From contig CAJINV010000010.1 of the NCBI GenBank assembly GCA_905178155.1, positions 3,182,587 through 3,246,586 of the forward strand: DNA of 64,000 nucleotides. The letters are read 5' to 3'. The notes beneath the pieces were generated by a model. It was not told the origin of the DNA and did not search any database. It worked only from the letters and a program-made list of their open reading frames with translations. Position numbers and translations under genes: made by a program. The DNA comes from Amoebophrya sp. A120. Lineage: Eukaryota; Protista; Dinoflagellata. Positions 10,320 to 22,950 of this stretch are shown piece by piece. Each line of letters opens with the position of its first letter. The stretch's first letter is position 1.

Positions 10320-13300
10320 TAAGAGAACCAAACTACATGCACCATCATTATAGGCAGCTCCGGAGCACCTTCTTGTTTCGCATGGCAGAGGAGGTTCATC
10401 GCTGTCTGTTTTGCATTTGCTGCAACACAACCATGCAATACACATAGTACTGCAGCGCTTCTTTCCCTGCATATAATTCTCCCCCAGCTGCATATGGAAG
10501 CGTCAGGTTTGAAATCGTCAGAGTTGAAATAGTTACTATTTAAACAGCAGCAAACCAGAGTTTTTGAAGCTTTGGGGTGTGTTCTGGGGTATGTAAGGTG
10601 GCCGCGTAGCACCATGATTCGTAATTTGCAGGGTACACCCCGAACACACCCCAGACACACCCCCGACACACCCCCGAAAAACACCCCCGACAGACCCCGG
10701 CCGGAACTTTTAAGGCTTTGGGGTGTGTTCTGGGGTATGTAAAGTGGCCGCGTAGCACTGTGATTCGTAATTTGCAGGGCACACCCCGAACACACCCCAG
10801 ACACACCCCAGACACACCCCCGACACACCCCAGACACACGCCCGACACACGCCCGACACACGCCCAACACTCGCACCCGACAGACCCCGGCCGGAGCTTT
10901 TGAGGCTTTGGCTTGCGTTCTGGGGTATGTAAAGTGGCCGCGTAGCATCGTGATTCGCAAGTTACAGAGCACACCCCGAACACACCCCAGACACACCCCC
11001 GACAGACACCCCCGGCAGACACCCACGGCAAAAACCCCCGATACACCCCAGGCAACCACACCCAGGGCAGGGGGCAGAACAAATATCCAGAGCGGAGAGC
11101 GTTTCCGGATCGATCCGAATCGCGAGAAAGATCCAGAGCGGAAGAAGTATCCAAACCTGACGCAGACAAATAGTCTCGTAACCGGCGTCATTGCATACGC
11201 GGCCCGGCGCCAGGTCTCCGGGTCCAGCTGTTGACGCTTTGGACTCGGTCCCCGCGTCATGACCTAGGGGCCAGCTGTTGGCGCTTCCCGGAAACTAACC
11301 GCGCGGCCCAGGGGCAATCAAACAAAGGCCCTAGGGCTGGCAGCTAGGGGGCTCGCTCCCCGCGTCATGACCTAGGGGCCCGCTTTGGGCGCTTCCCGGA
11401 AACCAACCGCACGGCCCAGGGGCAAAAAACCTAGGTCAGCGCGGGGACTCGGTCCCCGCGTCATGACCTAGGGGCCAGCTTTTGGCGTTTCCCGGAAACT
11501 AACCGCACGGCCCAGGGGTAAAAGCCCTAGGTCAGCGCGGGGACTCGGTCCCCGCGCCATGACCTAGGGGCCAGCTCCGGGCGCTTCCCGGAAACTAACC
11601 TCACGGCCCAGGGGCAAAGGCCCTAGGTCAGCGCGGGGACTCGGTCCCCGCGCCATGACCTAGGGGCCAGCTACAGACCCGGCGCCGGAGTTATCGGCGC
11701 CCCCCCCGGCCCGGCGCCAGCTTCTTCCTTTCTTTTCTCCCTGCCCAGTGCCACCACAACCCCCGAGCCCCCTCGTCCCAGAGAGACAAATGCCGGAAGG
11801 TCGCCGCACGGGGACTCTGTCCCCGTGCTCGGACCTGCTTGTTTGTAATGCATAAAATGCATGACCCGAGGCACGTGCGTTGCAGAGCAGGCAAGTGAGG
11901 CCGATTGTAAGCCCGTTTGGGTTTACAGCTCGAGCTGCTAAAGTAGCATGAGAAAATCACTCTTCTTTGCCTAAACAGCATGACAAACTGGATTTAGGGA
12001 CCACCGAAATTTTTCATGCGCCACTTGGAAACTGGGTTCCAAGTGGCATCCATTTTATGCATGACAAACTACTTCAGCTTTGACGATTTCAATCCTGACA
12101 GTTCCATACTGCACACTCCTTGCCGCCGCATTCCCGCCCATCGGCATGGTCAATTTGTAGTAGTGTTTACTACTCGCCATAATCTTGTTCGGACGAGTTG
12201 ATGAAGCAGATGTTGTCGCTGTGCTACTAATTCCGCCCCTCGGCGTGGCTGTTGTCGGTGGCGTGGTAATGTTATCCCCTGAAAATATAGAAACGTCTGG
12301 GTCTGGAGAAGCAGAAGTGGGAGAAAATCTGTATTGCTTGGCTGGCACTTCTGAAAAATCTGTAAATGTTGAAGCCACAACAATATTGTCTCAACAAGCT
12401 AAAATAGTTTGTCATGCGCGCTACTAGGCACAATCATAGAGCGCCCTAAAAACTTCACATCTATGGCTGCCCTCACAACTTCTATTGCGCCAGTCATTGT
12501 CATTCAGATTCACAACTCCACATCACAATTTTGTTCTAGACCCAGACTGTACAACACATTTCTCTGCGTTTGATAAAGACCGGAAATCGTCGTAGCCGAA
12601 TTTTCCTGGATGACTGGTAGAAGGCCAACTGCTGTAGTTTGGTATGTAGAAGATGTCCTCCCGTGGTTTTCGAGCAAATCCAATTATGGATTGCAAAAAT
12701 GTCTGGGTCTGGAATGCAAGTTAGAAAATAACAAATGCACTGTAATGTTGCGCCGCCAAGCATGACAAGCTGCTTCGTGTTTCTGTGCTGCGTATTCCGC
12801 ATAAGAAACTCCGTTTTTGCATGACAGGCGAGAGAGGCTGTTTGTGGCCACGCAATACAGATTTCAGGGCCATGCCAGATCAGCATGACAAATCTCGCAA
12901 TCTTCCAGACCCAGACATATTTGCATTTGATACCACTTCTGACGCTGCGATGCTGTAGTTTCCGTACCGCGGGGTGTATCACAAGAAAAAGTGTTCTTAC
13001 CCTTAACGGAGTTTGTAATGCAGTGATGCATCAGAACAAAAGGTGCGCAAATTTGTATTGCATAGCATGCATGAGCATGGAAGACAAAATTTGTAAAGCA
13101 TGACTGCCATCTTCTGTGAAAACCGTTAAAAACGTTAATACTTTTTCTTGTGATAGGGTGTTGATTTGCTTCAGAAACTCGGCCCGCGGCACCCAGGTTT
13201 ATCCTGTGCAAAAGTATCGTACTCGTATAAATGCAAGTCTTGCATTACAAATTTTTTTCTTAAGGTAAATCCGCATGACAAATTTCATTTCTCATGCTGA

Positions 13301-16300
13301 GGAAATCGAAATTTGTAATGCATTTATACGAGCACGATACTTTTGCAGTTCATAAGGTTCCCGTCTCCCGCATGTAAGTTTGGAAAGTTTCCGGCAATGG
13401 AATCTGGTTAGTGCTTTTATGGGTGTGTCAGGATCGAAATCGTCAAAGTTGAAATAATTTGTACTGCAGAAAATGCGTGACGCGAGGCGCGTGTGTTGCA
13501 GAGCAGGCAAGTGAAGCCGATTGTAAGCCTGCTTCGGGTTAGAGCTCGAGCTGCTAAAGTAGCATGAGAGAATCAGTCGTCTTTTCCCAAACAGCATGAC
13601 AGACTGTGACTGGTGTTCAGAACCGCCAAAATTTGTCATGCGTCACTTGGAAACTGGGTTCCAACTGGCATCCATTTTATGCATGGCAAATCATTCCAAC
13701 TGTGTCAATTTCAATCCTGACACATCCATAGCTTTCGGGTAACACGTACTCGATTTCTTGCTCTTGATCGTCGTCGTCTTGTTCCTTTCTGTTGCTGCCA
13801 CTCATAATTCCGCTCGTGTTTGTTCTGTCGAAAAGACTTCCTCCGGCCTTGAAAAAGGGCGTTCGTTCTCGTCCCGTACTGGACGAGTTGAAGCCGCTCC
13901 GATTTCCTTCCGTCGCTGAAAAATTCACCCGAATCTCGTCGTCCGGGCACAAAAACGTGTCAATGTTCGCGGTATGAGATTGCAGAAGAACGTCCCGCTC
14001 CCTTTTCAGTTACATGGCATCGTCCATAGCAACTTCTACGCAAGAAAGTGCCACCAAGAATGCTTATGCTGTGGCTTTAGTAGTTGCATGACGGATTGTA
14101 TTTGTTGTAGTTCAACATCACATGAAATAAGTCTTCTACTGTTGTTCATCTTTTGGCTTCATCCAAAGCCTGTCATTCAAGCCATGCGGCCATTATGGGG
14201 CTGTAAAACGTGGACTTCGACTTCGTCTTCTATTGAACGACAAATGCAAGAGAGCACGATGGGGGCGATGATTTGTGCATTCTCATACGGGACAGCCACC
14301 CCGATGCAGGAGGTCCGGTCGAAGGCGCTGTTGGAGGTACGCTGTACTCCAGCCAGCACTTCCTGATGATGTCGACCACTGACCGTTTTCTCCTTCGAAG
14401 ATTTGGCACTACTGTTGCGCAACAATTCCTGGTATGGAATGCAAAACAAGCATCGTACTAGTATAAATCGCATTACAAAGTTCCTTAGCGTGACAAATGG
14501 AATTTGTCATGCTCTTTTAGCTCAGGGAGGCGATTTGTCATGCATAATTGCCATTGGCATTGCGATTACTACAAGTACGATACTTTTGCACTGGATATCT
14601 GCTTTCTGGGCGAGTGCATCTGGTACACCTGGACGTTCATACATTATCGGGAGAAAAAAGTGCTCTTACTGTGTCGGAGTTTGCTTTTACAAGTTTTGCA
14701 TCACAAGTTTACAGCGAAGCAGCTTTCTCCTCCGATACAAACTTGTCTGCCTCCCCGGTCAGGTCCGCATGCATGAATCGCTTCTGGTACTGCTCTATGC
14801 AGGGCAAATATGTCTGGGTCTGGAAGGTTGCAACTTGTCATGCTGGCTTTTGGTTCCACAATGCATCTGTATTGCATGAACAGCAAAAGAGGTCCAGTTT
14901 TTGCCACAGCGAGAGGGAATTTCTCATGCAGTATAGGCCTCAGAAAGCCCTCGCAATAAATTCTGTGACGCTAGAGCATGCATCACAGACATCAGGAGTC
15001 ATGCAAAATGTGCATGCCAAACCTTGCGCTCTTCCATACCACCCGGACACATTTGCATTTGATATCCTCTAACTGTGTCAACCGTCGATCCTGGTCTGTT
15101 CCTGTCGTACTATCCTGTGCAAAAGTATCGCACTCGTAGTAATTGCAATCATGCATTACAAATCTCTCTCTTAAGGCAAATCTGCACTACAAATTTCATT
15201 TTTCATGCTGAGGAAATTTGTAATGCATTTATACGAGTACGATACTTTTGCAATTCATACGTACTGCCTGTCGTCGACGACGAGCGAGCAGATGAATTTG
15301 TTTTCGTTTCTTGCCGCGGTGTAGTTCTTGTGCTGGCTTTATTTGCACCCGGAGTGTTCGTAGTTGTTGTTCCTCGATTTATTTTCATCCGCCCGAACAG
15401 CTCCTGCTCGCTGTGCGGCACGTAACTAGAACTGGAAGTAGATCGAAATGACAAGTGCACTTGCGTCGTGTTCCGCTTGTGATTTTTTTTCGGAGCCGGC
15501 ACCAAAGTCGTGTTGGGTGAAGAACTCGACGTCGTTGTCGTTGTCCCATGGCCGCCTAGTGCCTGACCTTTTCCTTTGCTCACCTGCTCGTGGTTGCGCT
15601 TGCTCTTTATCTCGAACACCGACTTGCGCTTGAAATTCGTCAGCTCGAACGGATTATTTCCATCACTGTTCCCCCCGAGGAAGCAAGGTCCTACACTACT
15701 TCTATTTTTTCCACCATAATGCTGATCTTCCCTCGTGCTCGTGCCGCCGCGTCCCAGGCAGGTTGAGAGCTCTAGTTCACCACTGAAAATGTTTGTTGTT
15801 TCTGCTGATGTTTCTCCACCGATAGAATCTGCCGCTCCTCCCCTGCTCCGCGCACTGTTTTCCTCCTGTTCCGTCAAGATTTCCGAAAACCTCTTATCGC
15901 TGACCAGCATTCGCTTGTTCACTTTGGCTATCAAATGTAAAAATGTCTGGGTCTGGAAGAATGCAACTTGTGATGCTGCGTTAGGATTCCAAAAAAAATC
16001 TGTATTGCATGAGTACCAAAGAAAGGGAATGCAATTTTTGCTACGCTGAGAAGGCATCTGTCATGCGGAATAGGCATCAAAAAGAACTCAAAAAATCTGT
16101 ATTGCCAGGGTATGCATCACAGACATCATGATGGCTCATGCAGAACGTGCATGACAAATCTCGCATTCTTCCAGACCCAGACAAACATTTTTACATTTGA
16201 TATTGGCCCGTTGCTCTGTCTGCATCCTGGCGCGCACCTCGTCCTTGTTCGCGGAGGGGTGAAATAACCAATTGGACATGTTCTTCCTTCCGCAAAAAGC

Positions 16301-19300
16301 GCAGGTCGAAGACCCGGGCTCGTTGTTGCCGCCGCAAAGCGAACACTATGCGAGTGCACAACTCCCCCTACTTCCCCTCTTTTGTATGGCATGAACAGCA
16401 GCACAAACACCACCACCAGCTAGCACACGTCCACGTGGAGCCTGAGCATGACAAACTTCTTGTGTGCCTAATGTAGTACTGTTTGGGCTTCCGTGTATTC
16501 GTGATGCAAACAGTGCCACAAGGTAGCAACTGGATTGATTCGGGTTTTTGCTTCACAAATGAGCATGAGGGGAAGATGGGCCCGTGCACTGTCATAAACA
16601 CTTCCAGGGACCCTGAAACACACGCTGGCCGATATCCTCGATCTTCGAAGTTTGTTTCTTCTGCTGCTTCTGGTTTTGAGTACTAGGGGTTGCGCCGCGC
16701 GTGGAAGTTGTGGCAGATGTTTGCTCGGAAGATGATCCACCAGCAGCAACTTCCGGTTCAGCTGTGGTGTTCTGTTCACTTCCAGGAGTACTACCATTCT
16801 TGGACGACGGGCGGTCACCAGAGCAACTTTGACGCAGTTCGGCAACTTGTTCTACCCCATCAGTCAACGAAGAGGACCACCCGCCCCCCGGCACGTCAAG
16901 ACTCCCGACCGCTATCGGTTCCTCATATGAACTGCAAAAGTATCCTATCGTACTCGTATAAATGCATTACAAATTTCCCCAGCATGAGAAAACAAATTTG
17001 CCATGCGGATTAACCTTAAGAAGAAAATTAAAATTTGTAATGCATGAATGCAATTCCAATTACTACGAGTACGATACTTTTGCACAGGATACCTCAATCC
17101 TCTCGTTGATTTTCTGCAGCACGTTTGCGACCTGGCCGTCCACAAACTGCGGGCAGTTCAGGCGAACTTCCACGTTCTTGATCCGCAGAATCGAGGAATC
17201 TGGGTTGGTGGTTTCGGTCACGGGAAGAAAGGTGAGGATCGGGCGAACTATCCAAGGAAAAAAGTTCGCCACGATCACTCATGCGCATTTTTGCAATCTG
17301 TCATGCGTAAGAATACATGAGAGTCAAACTTCATACGAGATTTCCTTTGTGTTTGTGCAATACAAGAAAGCTCTGTGATGTCAGAAAAATTTCTCATGCA
17401 AAACCAGCAGACTAGTGACTGTGACGAACTTTTTTCCACCTTCCATACGAACGGAGAGATTGAGATTGTTACTGGTCTGGAAAATGTTGCTCATAGTGTA
17501 GAAGTTCTCTTGCGCAGTAGAAGCTGTTCTTGAGGATGATCTGCCATCAGAATCGAAATTCGTCTCACGGCCAGTAGAACAAGCAGTACTATTACCTTGT
17601 CCCAGTCCCTCGCTACCGATCCACAATTTGAGGTATAGGTGGTTTCCATATCCTCTGCAAAAGCATCGTACTCGTACTAATCGCATTCATGCATTACAAT
17701 TTTTTTTGCCTAGTTAAATCCGCATTACAAATTCTATTTCTCATGCTGAGGAAATTTGTCATGCGATTCATACTAGTACGATACTTTTGCAGTTCATATT
17801 CCAAACTGCAACGCAAAGTACATGGAGTCTCTGACTCCTCCTATCAAACAAAAAAAGTTCGTCACGATCACTCATGCGCATTTTTGCAATACAAAACTTT
17901 CTGTCATGCGTAAAAATGCATCACAGCCGAACTTCATAAGGGATTTCCCTAGTGTTTCTGCAATACAAGAAAAATTTGTGATGCTAAAAAAATTTGTAAG
18001 AGTGGGGTAACAAACCTCCCACCAGAAGTTGCAGGCCAACTTCCCATCCACCCGGCCGGGTGGATGGGAAGTTGGCCTGGTTGGCCTGTCCGCGTCGCCC
18101 GCCCACCCCCCGCTCGTCCCCGGATCCCGGATCTCCCAGAAACGTAACGCCATCTGGTTGCTTGCGAGTTAAGCCATCGGCTTGGGTGGGTGGTTACGAG
18201 TTAATTTCCACCCTCGACGAGACTCGATAAAGCGGCTGATATGGGCGAAGCGCTAGCTACAGCTAGCCGCCCTCTTTATCCGCATTTGCGCTTGGTGTGC
18301 GCGACACGTCAAGCGAATATGCACATGGGGACGCGACGGCGCCAGCCGCGAGCCCCCCCGCAGGGCAGATCATGGGCAAGCAGCTGCGGCAGCAGGCTGC
18401 ATCCCATGCCGTCGATTTCGTGCGAGCCTTTGCACGCACGCTCGTATGCGCGGGGTCCGCGAGTGTGAGGGAGGTGGAGGTCCGCGAGGAGCGAGGGTTG
18501 ATTTTCCCCGCAGGCGGGGTCACAGCCAACACCACACAAGGGGCTGAGGTGAAACCGACACCAACTGCATTCAGTGCCGCACGAGGGCGCCACAACAAGA
18601 ATGGCGCGCAACGACGGCGCATGCGTTGGCGAGTTCGAGCAGTTGCGAAACGTCCTATAGTGTCTGGCAGCTAGGATCTGCGCGCCTGTCATACCCAGGC
18701 GACCGAGACAAGGGCGGGCGGGTGTGGTCGAGCAAAGCAGCGCACGCTCTTCGAGCGTCAGCCCTTGCTATCTTCTGCATGCTTGCAGATTTCTCGCCCG
18801 CCATTCGGCGGGGCGGGCGCGTTTCGTGGCGGCGTTTGCCTTACCACGATCGATCTCGCCGACTAAGAAATTAAACAAAATTTAACGAGTGAGATTGACA
18901 CTAAACGGATCTCCCAGAAGCGTAACGCCATCTGGTTGCGAGTTAAGCCACCGGCTTGGGTGGGTGGTTGCGAGTTAAACCAGAGAGACTCGCAACTCGG
19001 AGGCGGACAAGTCGCAACCTACCGCTGTAGAAGACGCGGCGCCTCTATCTCTGAAGAAGCCGATGGACATCCAACAGGTTTGTTATTGGAGTAGACCACC
19101 CGCTTCTGTCTCTGTCCAAATATGGGGCCCCGTAAGGACAAACATGGGCGGACAGGCGGCAACATACTGCTGCTGTCGAGGGTGGTCGAGTCTCAGCTGG
19201 TGGTAGCGAAGGGGCGAGCGGGGGGTGGGCGGGCGACGCGGACAGGCCAATCAAGCCAACTTCCCATCCACCCGGCCGGGTGGATGGGAAGTTGGCCTGC

Positions 19301-22300
19301 AACTTCTGGTGGGAGGTTTGTTACCCCACTCTAATGCAAACCCTGCAAGTCAGTGACTGTGACAAACTTTTTTCTCTCCATACCTTCATTCCCCCTCTCG
19401 CTGTGTTGACAGACCGCGGGCAGGTAGCACGTCAAAAACTGATTACTCGTGCACAAAGCCTATCAAATGCAAATATGTCTGGGTCTGAAAGAGTGAGTCT
19501 ACTGAGTTTGTCATGCTATTAATTCTGATCGATACAAGAATCTGTGTTGCGTGACCTCCAGCAAAAGTCCTCACTTTTGGTTAATAGTAATATTACTAGA
19601 TGAACGCGGCATGTCTCATCCAGAGTCAGCATTGCGTAGCCTTTTCAACAAAACTTGTGATGCTAGAGCCCACATTCCAGACCTTCTGGGTCATGCAAAA
19701 TGTGCATGACAAACGAGGCAATCTTCCAGACCTAGGCATACTTACTTGCAGTTCATAAAGCCCAGGGGATGCCGGTGAAGTGGTTCAGCTTCCGGATTCG
19801 CATGCCGTCCGACCAAGCATATCAAATGCAAATACGTCTGGGTCTGAAAATTTGTCATGCTAAAATGTGCATGACGAAAACGCTCCCTCATGCAGGAGAG
19901 CATGACAAGTTTGCAGAACGCTTCCTCATACGCGCTCCGCATGAGAAACTGCGTTTTCGTATGACAAGGGAGGCTGAGGCTTTTGTGGGTCATGCAATAC
20001 AGATCCCACAGGAATGTACGACCAGCATTACAAGTTTCAACTTTACAGACCCAGACATATTTGCAGTGCATAAAGAATCTCCGTTGACGATGCCGACAAA
20101 GGTCCTTGACACTTATTGTGAGAAAAAATCCCCCCTCCCCATACTAGACCGGGATACTTCTGAAAATTTGCGATGCTGATTTGAGACCACAAATCGTCGC
20201 TGTATTGCAAGAAGGCAAATCCAAAAACCTCGGGGCGCCCTGCGCGCAGTTTGTAGTGCTGTATGGCCTACGGAGGACGCGCCTGCCTTGCTAAGCGCCT
20301 ACACCAAAACGCCCCTACTCCGGCTTGGTATCTGTCTGCAGTCCTCTACTGCAAGACAAAGCCGATTTGTGTACACAAATCCCGCATCACAGATTTCCAT
20401 TTCGATATGGGGGGGGATTTATTTTCCATTTGATAACACTCCGTGGCTATTTCCTCGGAAGAAGGGGTTCGATTTGTGGCGTTCGTTTTCGATCAAAAAG
20501 CCAAACGTCAAGCCCGGGATCGAGTAGGACTCCACCGCTTTTTGCTGCAGTTCTTTGATATTCTTTGCCTTCTGGTTGTTGGGAATGGAGTTGATTTCGC
20601 CTCTTTCGTATTTCCGGAACCAGGAGAAATAGTCTTCGCATTGGCTGTTGAAGTAGTTGTAGCGCTGCTGGATTTTCGACTGCTCCTCTTTCGGAATCTC
20701 GATGCGAAATTGAAAACAGTGGAAGCCGCCGGAAAACGTGTTGTTCGTGGACCCGATGGGGATCGGTTTCAACCCGGGGAACTTGAAATTTTTCCAGCTG
20801 AAGGGTATCAACTGCAAAACTGTTTGGGTCTGGAAGAGTGCCAGCCTTGTCATGCAGGTTTTCCATGACCCATGAGGTCTGGTATGTAGGACATAGCATT
20901 ACAGACTCTGTGAGAGTTCTATCATGCCTATCCTGCATGAGAAACTGCCTCTCGATTAGGTCAAAAGTGGACAGCTTTTGGTAATCATGCAACACAGATT
21001 TTTACATGATTCAGATTTAGCATGACAAGTTGCGTTGTTCCAGACCCAGACATTCTTGCATTTGATAAAGGGCACGGAGGACCCGTTGGCCGGAAGGAAC
21101 TCCAACGGCCCGTCACCGTGGAGAATTGGGAAACAATCCTCGGCTATGCAATGCAAGTAATACGGACCTAGCAGAAATTGCTATTGCATGACAAGAAACC
21201 ACTTATCGAGAAGAAAACGCAATTTGATGCCATGCAAATTCAGGTATTCAGAGCGTAGCTCTGGTAGTATGATGCAAAATTGCGACAACTAGTACAACGA
21301 CACGTAAGTACGATACTTTTGCACAGGTGGATATGGGTTTGATTGTAGTCGTGGAAGAGGACCTTCGTCAAAAATTCCTCGGTATGAACTGCAAAAGTAT
21401 TGTACTAGTATAAATCGCATGACAAATTTTCTCAGCACGAGAAATAAAATTTGTCATGCTGATTTACCGTACGAAAAATATTTGTGATGCAAGACCTGCA
21501 TTTATACGAGTACGATACTTTTGCACAGGATACTCGGCTGTCGTCGCTTTCTTCGCGGCTTGCAAAATCTCCGCGAGTTGTTCTTCTTGCGCGGTTCTGC
21601 TTTTATTTGCAGACGTAGAGCTGTTCGCTTTCCTCTTTGCGGTAATCGTTTTCACCAGAATCGTATCGAATGCAAATATGTCTGGGTCTGGAAGGTTACA
21701 AAATCTGTTAGAAGGTCCGCAATGCGAGCTGTTGCATCACAAGTTTTGAGAAGGCCTTCCAATGCATATTCTGCATGAGAAATGCCATCTTCTGGTGTCC
21801 AAAAGTGGACGGCTTCTGCTGCTTGCGCAATACAGATTTTTGTATCGTCCAGACGTAGCATGACAAACTCAGACGCTTCCAGACCCAGACATTTTCGCAA
21901 TTGATAAATCGCCAAGTTATTCGTTATACCGCCCAGGTGGAACCACCCCGCGTTATTTTCAAAAAAACCGGCACACAGAGGCGCAAGATCTTGTTGCAGT
22001 TGTTCATGATCACCAACTGTATTGGATGAAAAGCTGCCAGCAACAGCACCTCCACTGCACCTACTTCTACTTGGGACCAGAAACAGCTGCTTTCGCTTTT
22101 TTTTCGGGGGGATTTTGATCGGAATCACCGGGGAGATCCTCGGGGTGCTGCATATCCAGGATGAAAATGAGAGACCCATCCTCATCCAATCTGTCATGCA
22201 AAACATGCATCAGAGCGACTGTTTCTTGTCATGCAAAAACTGGATGGGGATGGGACAATAATTTTTTCTGTGGACGATACTGGAGGGTGTTATCACGCTG

Positions 22301-22950
22301 GACTGCCGTGCCTGGTTCTTGATTTCCAACAGAGAGAGCTGCTTCTCAACCCCTGCTGGGGCCCCCGCCTTCGTAGAAATTTCACTTGGCCTCCTTGGCG
22401 TAGCCAAACTGCAACTGCTCCTTTCGTCTCCATATTTTTCGCCCGCGCTTCCACTTACGCGTGAAGACCCGCTGCTGCTCCGGCCGCTTCCCTTCGAGTC
22501 GCGCCTGCGATCTTCCTCATTTTCACTTTGGCTTGTCCCGGAACCACTGCCACTGCTGTAATACGAGCTGCTGTACCCCTCGTCTTCGTCCCCTTCCGAG
22601 GCCGGCGCGGAAGATGGTGCAACTGAGACCACAGTCCTCTGCAGTTGGTTCGACGCTGCACCAGCTGGTGTTCTTCCACCTGGGCGGCCTTGTTGAAGAA
22701 ACAGGCTAGTGTCGATGCGGAACCCGATAGCAGAAGTTGTTGTGCTTTTCCCCTTGATGGTGTTCGAAGACGCTCCACCTCCAGGGCTGGTTTCTCCTTC
22801 ACACAACGACCCGGGAACGAGCTCGCTAGTAACGTCCAACTCGTTATAATTTCCTCCACCGCAGAGACCCCCAATTCCGTCCGTTGCAGGAGCTCTGCCA
22901 CGACGAGATAAAGTCGCTTCGCCGGAGTCGCGCGAAGCGGAGATTCCCAT
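10320..22950 (-). CDS. Large hypothetical protein, >20 exons separated by introners; 3' end uncertain
   Basis: ATG at 22950 (MGISASRD). Five consecutive joins from 20436 to 17648 translate without stops (SHGVSRTFVGIVNGDSWSDGMRIRKLNHF...FALQFGNHLYLKLW). No domain recognised. Confidence 0.6.
10493..12108. mobile_element. Introner family D (TIR TATGG..GTCAGG..GAAATCGTCA) with nested 1.3-kb insert
   Basis: DR CTGCA; the two halves match the intact sibling at 13418-13730. Confidence 0.85.
10535..11840. mobile_element. Unclassified repeat-rich insertion: three ~180-bp units with ACACACCCC runs plus ~95-120-bp CCTAGG units; hairpin near right end
   Basis: Splits a D introner; flanked by GTT on both sides; 10-bp stem GCACGGGGAC/GTCCCCGTGC at 11806-11828. 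Confidence 0.7.
12685..12932. mobile_element. Introner family B (TIR TATnnnnnGCAAAAATGTCTGGGTCTGGAA)
   Basis: DR CCAAT/CCACT. Confidence 0.85.
12977..13155. mobile_element. Introner family I (TIR TATCACAAGAAAAAGT)
   Basis: DR GGGTG. Confidence 0.85.
13200..13354. mobile_element. Introner family A
   Basis: DR AGGTT. Confidence 0.9.
13418..13730. mobile_element. Introner family D
   Basis: DR GCTTT. Confidence 0.9.
14433..14597. mobile_element. Introner family A, diverged
   Basis: A-type ends; DR CCTGG/TCTGC. Confidence 0.7.
14645..14737. mobile_element. Short degenerate I-like introner
   Basis: TATCGGGAGAAA..TTTCTCCTCCGATA ends; no clear DR. Confidence 0.45.
14796..15064. mobile_element. 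Introner family B
   Basis: DR TGCTC/TCCTC. Confidence 0.85.
15111..15259. mobile_element. Introner family A
   Basis: DR CGTAC. Confidence 0.9.
15929..16202. mobile_element. Introner family B
   Basis: DR TTGGC. Confidence 0.9.
16347..16596. mobile_element. Introner family E (TIR TATGnnAGTGCACAACTCCCCC)
   Basis: DR AACAC. Confidence 0.9.
16926..17091. mobile_element. Introner family A (opposite orientation to 15111)
   Basis: DR CCTCA. Confidence 0.9.
17249..17447. mobile_element. Introner family I variant (AAAAAAGTTCG)
   Basis: DR CGAAC. Confidence 0.88.
17649..17798. mobile_element. Introner family A
   Basis: DR TTCCA. Confidence 0.9.
17842..19382. mobile_element. Introner family I variant with nested Harbinger-like element
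   Basis: DR CCTCC/CCTTC; sibling of 17249; flanking exons in frame. Confidence 0.85.
18000..19331. mobile_element. Non-autonomous PIF/Harbinger-like TIR element
   Basis: TAA TSD (17997-17999, 19332-19334); ~117-bp TIRs starting GAGTGGGGTAACAAA; internal ~75-bp direct repeat at about 18129 and 18907. Confidence 0.85.
19461..19757. mobile_element. Introner family B
   Basis: DR AAGCC. Confidence 0.88.
19820..20072. mobile_element. Introner family B
   Basis: DR AAGCA/AAGAA. Confidence 0.88.
20114..20435. mobile_element. Introner family F (TIR TAT..GAAAAATCCCCCCTCCCCATA)
   Basis: DR ACACT. Confidence 0.9.
20806..21067. mobile_element. Introner family B
   Basis: DR AAGGG. Confidence 0.9.
21145..21333. 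mobile_element. Degenerate A-like introner
   Basis: Right end GTACGATACTTTTGCACAGG; DR decayed. Confidence 0.55.
21383..21532. mobile_element. Introner family A
   Basis: DR CTCGG. Confidence 0.9.
21664..21906. mobile_element. Introner family B
   Basis: DR AATCG. Confidence 0.9.
22153..22279. mobile_element. Short introner family K (CCCATCC..GGATGGG)
   Basis: DR CTGCA/CTGGA; join ITPSSTPR in frame. Confidence 0.8.

Noticed and set aside
10319-11260. 313-aa Gly/Val/Cys-rich ORF
   Set aside because: It is a translation of the ACACACCCC tandem array inside an insertion.
12381-12560. Further introners at about 12381-12560, 10349-10475, 13973-14180 and 29150-29460
   Set aside because: Motif remnants are present, but I could not define both ends and a DR, so they are not listed as features.
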